Positions 9,267 to 20,900 of a DNA stretch of 64,000 bases are shown in pieces (the first letter of the stretch is position 1; each line of letters opens with the position of its first letter). The DNA lies in contig OX638351.1 in NCBI GenBank assembly GCA_951813565.1, positions 4,992,001-5,056,000 of the forward strand, written 5' to 3'. The stretch is from an uncultured Poribacteria bacterium. GTDB lineage: Bacteria > Poribacteria > WGA-4E > WGA-3G. The notes beneath the pieces were generated by a model. The model searched no databases and was not told the origin of the DNA. It worked only from the letters and a program-made list of their open reading frames with translations. Made by a program: the position numbers and the translations under genes.

Positions 9267-10097
9267 CTATTTACGTTTTATATCTGCCCAGATAGTAGTT
9301 AACTTTGCTGCAGGCTCAACAGGTAGAACGCGGTCAACTTCTTTGAAGAATTCGGCTTTACTGTTGGCTTTATCTGGGTAGATTTTAACAGTATCGTGTG
9401 TAGCATCGTCAAAATGGAGGTTCATATACGCACTACCGCCACCTTCTGTCACTCTATAAAGAAGAACATTTGCTCCTTTTTTAAAGGACACCTCAACGTT
9501 AAAATGAACCTTTTGTGCACCACCTGTCCAGGTAGGATGGTTGTACCATTTCTCACCGTTAATCCATATCTGTGCATAGTTATCGTGCGCGGGAGACATG
9601 ACAGATTTCATTGCTTTAGGCGCGTCAATTACGATGATACCGTAGGTGTCAATACTGTCTGCGGGTCCCCCTCTGTTCATATTGTTTCCATCTGCAGGAT
9701 TCAATTCAAAAACAGTCCATTCTCGGGTGCCGCCGTGTGCATTATCCCAATTAATTTCTGTTATTTTGTTTTCTGTCTTCAGCAAACCATTAATTGTAGA
9801 GAGTTCCTCTTGCGTTAGTTTGCCGTCGGTTCCCATCTCAATTAGTTCATTGCTATGATTCGGTTCGTTACCGTTGTTTGTATAGTTGCCATCTGGCCCA
9901 TACCATTTGCGTATCCACGTGTTATATCCTGAATGGTCTTCGTCTACTGCATTAGGCTGAGTAGCAAAGAGTTCATTATCTTTCAAAGGACCATCCTTGA
10001 GGTTAGGTTCGCCTATTGCAAGAGCGAGATTTGCCATATTGCAGACAAAACCTAAACTTAGCGTGATTGTTAGGAAAAAAAGGTAAAATCTTTTCAT
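9267..10097 (-). CDS. Secreted hypothetical protein with C-terminal VEPxxKLxxxW motif
   Basis: Signal peptide, RBS AGGAG, C-terminus LPVEPAAKLTTIWADIKRK shared with the LamG proteins in this window. Confidence 0.75.
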   Translation of the reverse strand: MKRFYLFFLTITLSLGFVCNMANLALAIGEPNLKDGPLKDNELFATQPNAVDEDHSGYNTWIRKWYGPDGNYTNNGNEPNHSNELIEMGTDGKLTQEELSTINGLLKTENKITEINWDNAHGGTREWTVFELNPADGNNMNRGGPADSIDTYGIIVIDAPKAMKSVMSPAHDNYAQIWINGEKWYNHPTWTGGAQKVHFNVEVSFKKGANVLLYRVTEGGGSAYMNLHFDDATHDTVKIYPDKANSKAEFFKEVDRVLPVEPAAKLTTIWADIKRK

Positions 10098-10212
10098 TTA
10101 TTGTCTCCTTTAAACATAGATTTTTATGATTATCTGTTGATAGAGTCAACAGGATGCCATTTTTAGAATATCAGTAAACGGTATTACTTATTTTGCATTT
10201 CAAGTATTCTGT

Positions 10213-12030
10213 TTAAGTTGGATACGTATCTAATGCATTATGCCACTTTGTAAGCTGCGCGACGCGCTGTGTAGAATCTGTTGGAATTTCAAGAGGTCTT
10301 CCACGCGTGTCAATAACGAGTCCTACCACCCCACCCATCGCTTCTGTTTCGACTGACGTTCCATGCCCCGCCCCAAGGTCAAATCGTCGAGATGGTTGAA
10401 GTTTCAACGATGCTTTCTCATCTAATCCGAGCGGATAGAGTCGTAATTCGCCAAACGGTATTTCATCTGCGACGGTCGGTTTGTCTGGATAATGGATTTC
10501 AATGGAGAGGCACGCATCACCTGCTTTTCCAACACCAACAGGCGCAATACAAGTCCCCAAGTGAATTAGACAATCCCGTTCAAAAACTTGGGTTGCTGCC
10601 TCGGCGTTAACTTGTGCCAAGACTCCGAGTTGGGGCATCATAAAGATACTATCTACTGCAAGATGTGTCAGTCCTTCGGGTTGAAATGCATCAATCATCA
10701 TCAGCATTGATTGCTGGCGGCGCGGTGCGTGCGATAGAACACCCCCGCTGCCGACTAACATATCTAAAGAGAGCATGTTGACAAGCGTTTGCCCGCTTTC
10801 TGCTTGGTCGAATGCCTCGGAGATTGTACGTTGTTGTTGCACCCCTCGCAATTCTACCGCTAATTGCTTGTGCTGTTCAAAAGCCAATCTGAGCGCTTCA
10901 CGCGCAATTGCTTGTTCCAGAACTAATTCTTGTAAGGTTTGCGGGATTGTCGTTGGACGAATCATCTTGTTTTTGACACGATTCCGAAGATCACCTACCT
11001 CAATATCAAAAGGCACCCATCGTAAGACGTTGTTTATACCGGCTTCGGCAAGCACGTTAGAAACGCTATAACTCATGCCGAGGTTAGCACTGACGGTTCG
11101 GTTGAAAACCGCTTCTGCATCGTGGTTTTTAAAGACAGAAAATACATCTGTCGTCGCGCCGCCAATGTCAACACCGATTACCTGAATATCCTGTTGCGAT
11201 GAAACCGTTTGGATAATTTCACCGACTGCACCTGGCGTTGGCATGATTGGGGCATCTGTCCAGTCTATGAGTTTTTTATATCCAGGGGCATGTGCCATCA
11301 CGTGTTCAAGAAATTGGTCCTGAATCTTGTGACGTGTTGGCATTAAGTTTTCACGTTCTAAGACGGGACGGAGATTGTCTACTATCTCCAGAGACATCAC
11401 ATCGTCCAAACATTCTCGAATCAGTTCACGAGCGTCTTTGTTACCAGCATAAATAAGTGGCAGTTCATAAGCAATACCGAGACGTGGTTGTGGACGCGCT
11501 GCTGCGATAATCTCTGCCAATTCAACTACGTGTGAGGTCGTACCACCATCAACACCGCCAGAGAGAAGGAACATATCGGGACGAAGATGTCTAATCCGCT
11601 CTATTTTTTCATGTGGTAGCCGTTTGTCATTAGATGCAATGACATCCATGACAATAGCCCCAGCACCAAGTGCTGCACGTTCAGCGCTTTCCCCAGTCAT
11701 ATTACGTACAACACCTGCTACCATCATTTGCAATCCACCACCTGCACTACTTGTTGAAATATAGATGTCAACACCCTCTTCTCCGTTTTGTGGTTTGATG
11801 ATTACACCGTTGTCAAGGAGTTTGCGTCCAGCAAGTTCCTCAACTTCTGTTACTGCATTGATTACGCCTGCTGTTACGTCTTCTACGGGTGCTTCAACAG
11901 TTGTCGGTGCTTCGCCGCGTACGATGAGCTGATACTCGTCACCGCGTTTTTCAATAAGGATTGCTTTGGTGGTTGTGCTGCCACAATCTGTAGCAAGAAT
12001 GGAGCGGAGTTCGCCCCCCGATTCATTCAT
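10213..12030 (-). CDS. Glutamate mutase L (GlmL/MutL) family actin-like ATPase
   Basis: ATDCGSTTTK, STSSAGGGL, LSGGVDGG, MPTPGAV, VDIGGATTDVFS, GSGGVLSH. Confidence 0.8.
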   Translation of the reverse strand: MNESGGELRSILATDCGSTTTKAILIEKRGDEYQLIVRGEAPTTVEAPVEDVTAGVINAVTEVEELAGRKLLDNGVIIKPQNGEEGVDIYISTSSAGGGLQMMVAGVVRNMTGESAERAALGAGAIVMDVIASNDKRLPHEKIERIRHLRPDMFLLSGGVDGGTTSHVVELAEIIAAARPQPRLGIAYELPLIYAGNKDARELIRECLDDVMSLEIVDNLRPVLERENLMPTRHKIQDQFLEHVMAHAPGYKKLIDWTDAPIMPTPGAVGEIIQTVSSQQDIQVIGVDIGGATTDVFSVFKNHDAEAVFNRTVSANLGMSYSVSNVLAEAGINNVLRWVPFDIEVGDLRNRVKNKMIRPTTIPQTLQELVLEQAIAREALRLAFEQHKQLAVELRGVQQQRTISEAFDQAESGQTLVNMLSLDMLVGSGGVLSHAPRRQQSMLMMIDAFQPEGLTHLAVDSIFMMPQLGVLAQVNAEAATQVFERDCLIHLGTCIAPVGVGKAGDACLSIEIHYPDKPTVADEIPFGELRLYPLGLDEKASLKLQPSRRFDLGAGHGTSVETEAMGGVVGLVIDTRGRPLEIPTDSTQRVAQLTKWHNALDTYPT

Positions 12031-12229
12031 ATAGTTCGTCTCCTATTCCATTTTACTGACAAAATTAATTGCGTTCTTTTCTCAATCTTCTAAAGTTTGA
12101 ATGTCCCGGAAAGGCGTTTGTCTAAATCTTCAACTGTTAATGCCGCGAACGCAGATACGTTATAACATAAAAGCCTACGATCATAAAAACCAAACTTAAC
12201 CTTTTCATAACGTTCTCTTCATATTGACT

Positions 12230-13021
12230 TCAATATCCCAATTGTCGTAAATATTCACGGTTAACGGTCACCCGTTCTTCATCCGTGCGGTCTTCAACCA
12301 TACCTGGACAAGCGGTAATCCATCGGTCATAGTCGAGTTCTTCCAAAGTGGACATAATTCTGGGAAAGTCCATCGCGTCTCCACTGCCGACATCAACCCA
12401 ATCCACATTATAATTGCTACCATCTCCACCAGTGTAGCTTGAATAATCTTGAAGATGGACGTAGATAAGGACATCACGATAACGACGGATAGATTCAATC
12501 GGATCAAATCCCCAGAGTGCGGAATGTGATACATCAATGCACAGTTTACACTTGCGGAGTAGACTCATATATTTTGCCCAATCTTCTATGGAATCTACCG
12601 TTGTATTGGTATGGATATGATAACAGATATCTAATCCGTATCGTGCTGCGTATTCTGCCCATTCTTCGGAAACATCAGCAAGCTTGGTGAGATCAGCGTT
12701 GTTTACTGGTCGGTCATCTGGTTTTCCTGCGCCCATGAACATGAAACAATCCGCTCCAACCTCTGCTGCGAAGTCAATTCTTCGCTTATTAAGTTCCATC
12801 TGTTCAAAATTTTTGTCAATCGGCAACCCACGTGCTGTGACTGCAGCGATAGGCATGTCAACATTTTCACACATCCGCCGAATACGTCGCGGTGTGCCTG
12901 CCCAGTCTAAAGATTGCCGCATCTCCCAACCATCCCAACCGGCATCTTTAAGTTGCGTCAACAGTTTCTCAAAATCTGGTTGTTGCCATCGTAACGTACT
13001 ATATCCAAATTTGAAACCCAT
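12230..13021 (-). CDS. Sugar phosphate isomerase/epimerase (xylose-isomerase-like TIM barrel)
   Basis: GWDGWE, CYHIH, LCIDVSH, YVHLQD, VGSGD.MDF. Confidence 0.8.
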   Translation of the reverse strand: MGFKFGYSTLRWQQPDFEKLLTQLKDAGWDGWEMRQSLDWAGTPRRIRRMCENVDMPIAAVTARGLPIDKNFEQMELNKRRIDFAAEVGADCFMFMGAGKPDDRPVNNADLTKLADVSEEWAEYAARYGLDICYHIHTNTTVDSIEDWAKYMSLLRKCKLCIDVSHSALWGFDPIESIRRYRDVLIYVHLQDYSSYTGGDGSNYNVDWVDVGSGDAMDFPRIMSTLEELDYDRWITACPGMVEDRTDEERVTVNREYLRQLGY

Positions 13022-13194
13022 ATTTTTCTCCTCTTCGGTGTTCTACTTTATCAGAAGCATTCAAGTATAATTATAGCAGATTTTCATATTGCTTGCAATA
13101 AATGTTCGTTTTTGCTAAACTATTAAAAACTTCACGGATTTTCCGTTACGACCTATTTAAACGTGAGTTCGAATAATAAAATTCAAATGTAGAT

Positions 13195-13474
13195 GTAGGT
13201 TGGGTAGAGCGCAGCGAAACCTATACGTGTCAATTTTAGGATATATCTTCTTGTGGGAGTGAATCAACGCAGCATGCGCGTGTGGCATGCTGCGGGTTTT
13301 TAACCCCGATTGGACAGTTTGAGATTCACAAATCGCGCGGACAAAGCGCTCCCACAAGAGAATATCCAGCAAATTTTTTCTTAAGTTGACACCTATGGGT
13401 AGAGCGCAGCGAAACCCAACAATTCAACTGTTAGAGTATAAAAAGTTGGGTTTCACGTTGTTCTACCCAACCTA
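13195..13474. repeat. REP-like inverted pair containing an inner GTCAATT-type element (13222-13397)
   Basis: GTAGGTTGGGTAGAGCGCAGCGAAACC ... GGTTTCACGTTGTTCTACCCAACCTAC. Inner TATACGTGTCAATTTTAG ... CTTAAGTTGACACCTATG holds one AATCAAC-hairpin module. Confidence 0.75.
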
Positions 13475-13511
13475 CGGTATTTTTTGGCTCACGTTATTTG
13501 AAGGAGAAAGT

Positions 13512-14477
13512 ATGGACAAAGTTAAACTCGGTTTTATCGGTACAGGTGGCATGGCAGGCGCACACATGCGCAACCTAAAAGATAATTTTGAAGATGTTGA
13601 ATTCTGTGCCATGTGTGATATTTCTGAAGATCGTGCGAAAGGGCGCGCCGAAGAGTTTGGCGGCAATGCTTACACCGATTTTCGTGTGATGTACGATAAA
13701 GAGGATTTGGACGCCGTGTACATTTGTACGCCCCCGTTTGCGCACGGTGAACAAGAACGGATCGCTTGCGAAAAAGGCGTCGCGATGTTTATTGAGAAAC
13801 CGATCCATTCCGAACTTGAGCCAGCAATTATCATCAATGATTACATTAAAGAAACTGGCACTATCACAAGTGTCGGTTACCATTGGCGTTACGGTGGCAA
13901 TGCACAAAATGCAAAGAAGATGCTTGAAGAGCAACCGCAAATCCTCGGTGCGCTCGGCTATTGGATGGGTGGCATGCCCGGAACACCATGGTGGCGCGTG
14001 CGTGCGCAATCTGGTGGACAGCACGTTGAACAGACGACTCACATTTTCGATCTTTGCCGTTTTCTCGTTGGCAGTGACGGTAAAACCGTACACGGTGTCG
14101 CGAATAGTGGGAGTATGACGCATATTGAAAACTATGATGTTGACGACATCAGCATGGTAAACATTGAGTTTGAGAACGGCGCTGTTGCGAATATCGTTTC
14201 TGCTTGTGCGTTAGAAGGTTTTGGTCGTGTGCATCTTGAGGTGTTCACTCGTGGACTCGTTGTTACCGTCGGTGGACCGAACAATGTGAACCGTAAAGGT
14301 GAAACGCAGCCGCTTATTGGTGAAGGTGGACAAGACAGAGATCGCGTCTTTATTGATGCTGTTAAGAGTGGAGACGACTCAAAAATTCTATCTCCCTATA
14401 GCGACGCGTTGCAGACACTCCGTATAATGCTTGCCGCCAGCACATCGTTTGAAACTGGCAAAGCTATTGACCTTTAA
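13512..14477 (+). CDS. Gfo/Idh/MocA family oxidoreductase
   Basis: RBS AAGGAG, LGFIGTGGMA, EKP motif, EQTTHIFD. The upstream ORF extension lies in repeat DNA. Confidence 0.9.
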   Translation: MDKVKLGFIGTGGMAGAHMRNLKDNFEDVEFCAMCDISEDRAKGRAEEFGGNAYTDFRVMYDKEDLDAVYICTPPFAHGEQERIACEKGVAMFIEKPIHSELEPAIIINDYIKETGTITSVGYHWRYGGNAQNAKKMLEEQPQILGALGYWMGGMPGTPWWRVRAQSGGQHVEQTTHIFDLCRFLVGSDGKTVHGVANSGSMTHIENYDVDDISMVNIEFENGAVANIVSACALEGFGRVHLEVFTRGLVVTVGGPNNVNRKGETQPLIGEGGQDRDRVFIDAVKSGDDSKILSPYSDALQTLRIMLAASTSFETGKAIDL

Positions 14478-14543
14478 AACATAGTAGGCACGCATTGCGT
14501 GCCTAATCACATAAAAAATTTATACGAAAAGAGAGAAAGAATT

Positions 14544-15299
14544 ATGCCAATTAATCAATCCATCTGTTTTGGTGGTTTCCGGCGCGACAGGGAGCCGGAA
14601 GATGTAATTAAAAAAGCAGCTGAAATCGGCTACAAATCGGTTGAGATGCTGCCTGCCGATCTCTGGTCCGTTGTTCAAGATCACGGAATGCGGGTTGCAA
14701 TCATCGTTGGGCATTCGTCCCTTCCGTCTGGCTTGAACGATCCGAGCAATCATGACCGGATTGAGGATGAACTGCTCAAAAATATTGACATTGCAGCAGA
14801 TAACGACATTCCCGGTCTTATCTGTTTTTCTGGTAACCGAGAAGGCAGGTCTGACGAGGAAGGTCGTGATAACACAATAGCCGGTTTGTCGCGTGTAACG
14901 AAAGCTGCTGAGGAGAAGGGCGTTAACTTGTGCGTTGAACTGCTCAATAGCAAAGTGAACCATCCCGATTATCAATGTGATAAGACAGAGTGGGGTGTTG
15001 AAGTGTGTAAAGGTGTCGGTTCACCGCGGGCACAGCTACTCCACGACATCTATCACATGCAGATTATGGAAGGTGATCTTATCCGCAACATTACGGATTA
15101 TATTGAATATATCGGGCATTTCCACACAGCTGGCAATCCTGGGCGTCGCGACCTTGATGACGAACAGGAAATCTATTATCCTGCTGTGATGCGTGCTATT
15201 GCTAACACAGACTATGACCTATATGTAGGGCACGAGTTTAGTCCGAAAGGTGATGCGTTTGATGCGATGCAGCACGCTTATGATGTGTGTAATGTTTAG
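14544..15299 (+). CDS. Hydroxypyruvate isomerase family TIM-barrel protein
   Basis: ICFSGNR, ELLNSKVNHPDY, DIYHMQIMEGD, HFHTAGNPGR. Confidence 0.85.
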   Translation: MPINQSICFGGFRRDREPEDVIKKAAEIGYKSVEMLPADLWSVVQDHGMRVAIIVGHSSLPSGLNDPSNHDRIEDELLKNIDIAADNDIPGLICFSGNREGRSDEEGRDNTIAGLSRVTKAAEEKGVNLCVELLNSKVNHPDYQCDKTEWGVEVCKGVGSPRAQLLHDIYHMQIMEGDLIRNITDYIEYIGHFHTAGNPGRRDLDDEQEIYYPAVMRAIANTDYDLYVGHEFSPKGDAFDAMQHAYDVCNV

Positions 15300-15355
15300 G
15301 CTATTTAGAGATTGTGGGCGGGTTTCAATGTCCGTCCACGCTAATTATATCTAAA

Positions 15356-17773
15356 ATGACAACCGAAGCCGAAGCACGTCAAATCATAGATAGCATGCTG
15401 GAAGAGTCTGGATGGCAGATTCAAAATTATGCTGAACGTGCAACAGATGCTTCTCTTGGTGTTGCTGTCCGTGAATATCCGTTAAGGTTTAATCAGAGAG
15501 CAGATTACCTTCTCTTTATCGGTGGCGTGGCAGTTGGCGTTATAGAAGCCAAATCAGAAGGAACAACACTTAGTGGAGCCCTCCAACAAGCAGAACGGTA
15601 TCGAGCAAATTTGCCAAATGATTTGCCCAACCGCACCAGATTTTTCTATTCTTATGCGTCAACAGGGATTGAGACATACTTTCGTGATTTTCGAGACCCG
15701 GATTCACGTTCTCGACAAGTCTTTATATTTCATACACCTCAAGCACTTTTTAATGCTTTCAATCAACCTCAAACGTTGCGAGAGAGACTCAAAACAGGGA
15801 TGCTGCCATTAAAAAAAGACAACTTGAGAGTTTGTCAATTTGAGGCGATAAGGCAGCTTGAGAGATCTTTGGCAGAAGCACGTCAGCGTGCTTTAATTCA
15901 GATGGCAACAGGCAGCGGAAAAACTTATGTCGCTGTCAGCAGTGTATACCGACTCATCAAATTTGCTAACGTCAAACGGGTTATTTTTCTGGTAGACCGT
16001 AACAATCTCGGTAGACAAGCTCTGCGTGAGTTTCAAAATTACACGACTCCCGATGATGGCAGGAAATTTACTGAACTCTACAACGTTCAACACCTTTCCA
16101 GCAATGTTATTGACGAAACAAGCTCGGTTTGTATTACCACTATCCAACGTCTTTACGCAATGTTGACAGGTGAACCCGACTATGAATCGGACGATGAGGA
16201 AAGTTCCGATTTTGAACAGGAAACTGAAGATTCACCTCCACAAGAAGTTGTCTATAATCCGAACATTCCTATTGATACGTTTGACCTTATCATCGTTGAT
16301 GAATGTCACCGCTCTATCTACGGTAAGTGGCGGCACGTATTAGAATACTTTGACGCTTTCATTCTCGGTCTCACTGCTACGCCATATAACCAAACGCTCA
16401 ATTTTTTCAATCAGAATCTTGTTTATGAATACCGTCACGAACAGGCTATTCAAGACGATGTAAATGTCGGTTATTATGTCTATCGGATTAAGACTGAAAT
16501 TACAGAAAGTGGTAGCACAGTTGCGGAGGGGAGTTATGTTGCAAGACGGGATAGGGTTAGTCGAAGACTTACCTGGGAGGAGTTGGATGAAGATGAAGAA
16601 TACACAGGAAATCAGTTAGACCGGGAGGTTGTGGCAGAAGACCAGATTCGGACAGTTATTCAGACTTTCAAGGATAAACTCAGGACAGAACTCTTTCCGA
16701 GTAGGACGATTGTTCCCAAAACACTTATCTTTGCAAAAGACGACTCGCATGCCGAGGATATTGTCAAAATTGTTCGGGAGGTATTTGCCAAAGGCGATGA
16801 TTTCTGCCAAAAGATTACCTACCAGAGCGATAGACCGGAAGACCTTATCAGAAGATTCCGCACAGACCCGATTTTCCGAATCGCTGTGAGCGTTGATATG
16901 ATTTCTACTGGCACCGATATTAAACCGCTTGAGTGTTTAGTCTTTATGCGTTCTGTCCGTTCAAGCGGGTATTTTGAGCAGATGAAGGGGCGCGGTATGC
17001 GTACTATTAAACCTGAAGATTTGCGATCTGTCACAGGTGATGCGACTGCAAAAACGCACTTCATTATTGTTGATGCTGTCGGTGTGTGTGAATCCATCAA
17101 AACTGATTCCCAGTCACGTCCAGGTGAGCCATCTTCTAATGGATCAAACGGACCACCAGAAAGAAACCCCGACCAACTCATGGATGATGTAAGCATAGAC
17201 CGTGTTATTGAAACCGGGTTTGAGCCTGAAAGTTTTGCACAAGCATCTACAGTGATCCACGACTTCAAGCGGTTTATTAATGAACACATAGCTGAATTGC
17301 CAGCGTTACAAATTTTGTGTGAACGTCCAGAAGCACAAGGCACACTGACTGAAAACAACTTAAAAGAGCTGGAAGAAGCATTGCAACAGCATTCCAGCAG
17401 TCTCAGTCGTGAGTCATTATGGATGGCTTATAAAAGACGGTCACCAGAGAACGTTCATGGAACCACAAAACGACGGACAGACCTTATATCACTGGTGCGT
17501 TTTGCCATGGGGTATACTCGTATTTTAGAACCGTTTAGTGCAATCGTCACCCGACATTTTGGAGAATGGTTAGAGGGTAAAGATTTCACACCAGAACAAG
17601 TCAACTGGCTTGAATGGATTCAGGAATACATTGCCACATCACTCGGTTTTCGAATAACTGATTTTGAGTACACACCTTTTGCACAGCGTGGCGGTGTAGC
17701 AAGAGCCATGCAACTCTTTGGTGATGAGTTGGAGGATATGCTAAAAGATCTTACAGAGAAATTGGTTTCTTAA
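15356..17773 (+). CDS. hsdR: Type I restriction enzyme R subunit
   Basis: Nuclease motif ADY...VIEAK, QMATGSGKT, LVDRNNL, DECHRS, GLTATP, QMKGRGMR, EcoEI_R_C-like C-terminus. Confidence 0.92.
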   Translation: MTTEAEARQIIDSMLEESGWQIQNYAERATDASLGVAVREYPLRFNQRADYLLFIGGVAVGVIEAKSEGTTLSGALQQAERYRANLPNDLPNRTRFFYSYASTGIETYFRDFRDPDSRSRQVFIFHTPQALFNAFNQPQTLRERLKTGMLPLKKDNLRVCQFEAIRQLERSLAEARQRALIQMATGSGKTYVAVSSVYRLIKFANVKRVIFLVDRNNLGRQALREFQNYTTPDDGRKFTELYNVQHLSSNVIDETSSVCITTIQRLYAMLTGEPDYESDDEESSDFEQETEDSPPQEVVYNPNIPIDTFDLIIVDECHRSIYGKWRHVLEYFDAFILGLTATPYNQTLNFFNQNLVYEYRHEQAIQDDVNVGYYVYRIKTEITESGSTVAEGSYVARRDRVSRRLTWEELDEDEEYTGNQLDREVVAEDQIRTVIQTFKDKLRTELFPSRTIVPKTLIFAKDDSHAEDIVKIVREVFAKGDDFCQKITYQSDRPEDLIRRFRTDPIFRIAVSVDMISTGTDIKPLECLVFMRSVRSSGYFEQMKGRGMRTIKPEDLRSVTGDATAKTHFIIVDAVGVCESIKTDSQSRPGEPSSNGSNGPPERNPDQLMDDVSIDRVIETGFEPESFAQASTVIHDFKRFINEHIAELPALQILCERPEAQGTLTENNLKELEEALQQHSSSLSRESLWMAYKRRSPENVHGTTKRRTDLISLVRFAMGYTRILEPFSAIVTRHFGEWLEGKDFTPEQVNWLEWIQEYIATSLGFRITDFEYTPFAQRGGVARAMQLFGDELEDMLKDLTEKLVS

Positions 17774-17822
17774 TTCTGCTTTTTAATAGGCACCTCTGGG
17801 CGCGATTGCTTGTCTAAAACGC

Positions 17823-17851
17823 TTGAATTCGCATACAGTTTGTGCTAAAAT
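17823..17851 (+). promoter_or_regulatory. Internal sigma70-type promoter upstream of the Argonaute fusion and hsdS
   Basis: TTGAAT-17 nt-TAAAAT with an extended -10 TG, about 60 nt before the ATG at 17913. Confidence 0.6.
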
Positions 17852-17912
17852 AAAAACTGTGCGGTGTCTGTTTTATCACAATTTTGAAAACACGTCAGAG
17901 AGGTATCTGAAA

Positions 17913-20900
17913 ATGCCAACACCAACACCAAAAGAGGTTTTTGATAATCCTTTACAATATCTTAATTTCCTACAATCCGACAAATTTGAAGGGCAATATT
18001 TCGAGCGGAATGAGGTCCGGCTTGAGAAAAACCAGATTAATGTGTTGAAAGATAGCATTAAGCCTTGTCTATCTGCATTCGCAAATACAAACAAAGAGGG
18101 AGGATTAGTTGTCCTGGGTATTGCTAACGACGGTACTATCAAAGGGATTCAGCACGTTGATGAACAGAAACTTAACGAAATATTGCAAGTTAGAGAATCT
18201 TTAAAAAACCACGTGACGGATCCAAAACATGTCAGTCTGCAAGATCCTAATAAGAACCAATTATATCTTTTATATACACATGAGACACCAAATGCAATTT
18301 GTGAAACAACAGGAGTTTTTCCAAAAGCTTGGAAAAGAGTTGGACCTCAGAATCGTCCTATGACTGAACAAGAACGGGATCAGTTAAAACGGAACAAAAA
18401 AATAGTTGATTTTGAGAACACCTATTGCTGTCCGCACGATCCTAATGAACTTGACGAAGGAGTGGTTGAAGAATTTAAGAAGGCTTTTCTTGAAGAGAGA
18501 GGTGCCCAGTACGGTCATAGCACCGAAGAAGTTCTATACCAAGCAGGTGCACTCATTAAAACGGAAGAAAATGGAAAATATGTGATTAACAATGCTGGTT
18601 ATCTATTTTTTTCCTCAAACCCTCGCAAGCGTTTTGGAAGCGCATTCGTAAGGTTACTACGTTATGATGTCCGCGCTGAAGAGTTAAGAAACCGTGGCGG
18701 AATGACTTTAGATAAAGATTTTGACGGTCCTCTTCCAAACATTATTCGTGGCCTTCGGAGCTTTTTAAAAGATTCCGCACTTTTTCGGATTTTGTCAAAA
18801 CGGAATCCTGATGGTGGATTCACTGATGAACCCGAATTTCCTTTCATAGCAGTTGATGAAGCACTCGTTAACGCCATTGTACATAGAGAATATGCTGTTA
18901 CTACACCAATTTTCTGTATTGTTTATAGAGATAAATTGGAAGTTAGAAATCCAGGAGACATACCACAGTCTGTTCCTAAGAAATTTAGTCTTGATGAACA
19001 AAGCTTAGACCCTGTGCCTCGGAATCCGAAAATTGTTGAGTGGATGCGTATCATGAAAGATGAGAGAGGTTCCATTTTTGTTCATGGATTGAGTGAAGGT
19101 ACTAGACGAATGAAGGAAGAGATGGAAAATTTGGGATTACCGGCTCCACACTATCATACAGATCAATACACAACCGTCACACTCTACAGTAAATTTGATG
19201 AACGCTTGGAAAAGTATACTCTAAAAACGGTCACTGAAACACAAGAATATGCTAATCTTTTTCCAATTGAACAGTCAAGAGAAAGAATGTCACGAAGCGA
19301 ATTTATAGAAGTTCGTGGAAATATACTCACAGCGATTAAAGACGCGCTCTTAAACCACGGATGGTTTATAGACCGTTTTTCATTTGGTCGCATCGTTGCC
19401 CATCGACAAGGTACATCCTTGTCCCTATCTCCTCAAGTTAAAGCTGTTGTACAAATATATCCAGCGTATGAATTACAAATTAGACAGTACGCTGAAGATC
19501 TCTATCTATGTGTTGATTACAAAGCTGAGTTGAAAAATATTCTGAAAGTAGGCTCTTTGCTTGATTACTTTACTGTTGATGATTTAGTTGGTAAACATGC
19601 TGTGGCAAAATACTCTGGACAATGGGAACGCGGAGAAATCTTAGAAATCGACTCGGAAACTACTAAATTAGCATTGTCTGATTTAGACACGGAAGTGAAT
19701 ATTCCAAATAATGATGTTATTCCATCCATTGGGAAAACTGCAATTAAAAAGATTTTGACAAAGAAAAACATAGCTCACGATCTTGATCAAAAAATTAAGG
19801 AACACGCTTTAGTGTCGCAGAGGAATGCTGCTAAAACCCGCGCTGAAAAAACTATCAGGATCGTTCAACATCTTGCCGATGAAGTGTTCCCTATTACAGT
19901 CAACAACTTAACACTTAAGTTGTCTAAAATCCCAGCTTCTCTAAAAACACCTCTATCTGGAGGTTCCTCGCAAGATGTTAAGCCTCTCACTGTGTTTCAT
20001 GAATCCGAGGAACCTTCAGTTCAATTCTATAATGACAAGGTTGATGCCAACATATTAGAAGGATTAACAAAATATAGTTCTTACGATGCAGGTATAAAAG
20101 ATATTGAGTTAATCCCTATTTGTACTCCGGATCTACGTGGGGGGATGCGGCAGCTAATTGAGAGACTTAAACATGGAAAATACAAATATCGCGGTACTGA
20201 ATGGACTTTTAAGACAAAGCTAACTTATCCTAATGTCAACCCAGCACCTATAGAAGAATTTCAAAGTGAATGTGTTCGATTATTAGAAGAGAATCCTAAT
20301 TGGATAGGAAACAAAGATTTGAATCGGCTTTTCCTTGTGTATGTTCCAGAAGACAGGTTCCCAATCACCGATCTCAATTCTCCATACTACACAATTAAGG
20401 AATTTCTGTTATCTAAAGGAATTCCTGTCCAAATGGTGGACACGCCTATTCTTAAGAATCCTGATTGGAAGGATTTCAATCTTGCTTTGAACATCACTGC
20501 GAAATGCGGTGTCGTCCCTTGGGTTTTACCAGGCGCATTACCAGATGCTGATTTCTTTGTTGGTTTGTCATATACCCAACATCCTGATAGGAAAATAGAC
20601 AGACACATGGCGTTTGCTAATGTGTTCAGTAATTTTGGACGCTGGAAATTCTACCAAGGAAATGCTAAACCGTTTAATTATGATGAGAGACACGAATACT
20701 ACAAAGTACTCGTCCGATCAACGTTGGAAAGGCTTGACCTTCGCGAATCTCCATCAATACATTTTCACTACTCAGCGAAGTTTTCTGCGGAAGACATATC
20801 TGCAATTTTGGAAGCTGCAAAATTAGTTCGCCCGAATGGTAGATATACATTTGTATGGATAAATAGTTCACATATCGTTCGGTTTTACGATCCATCTCCA

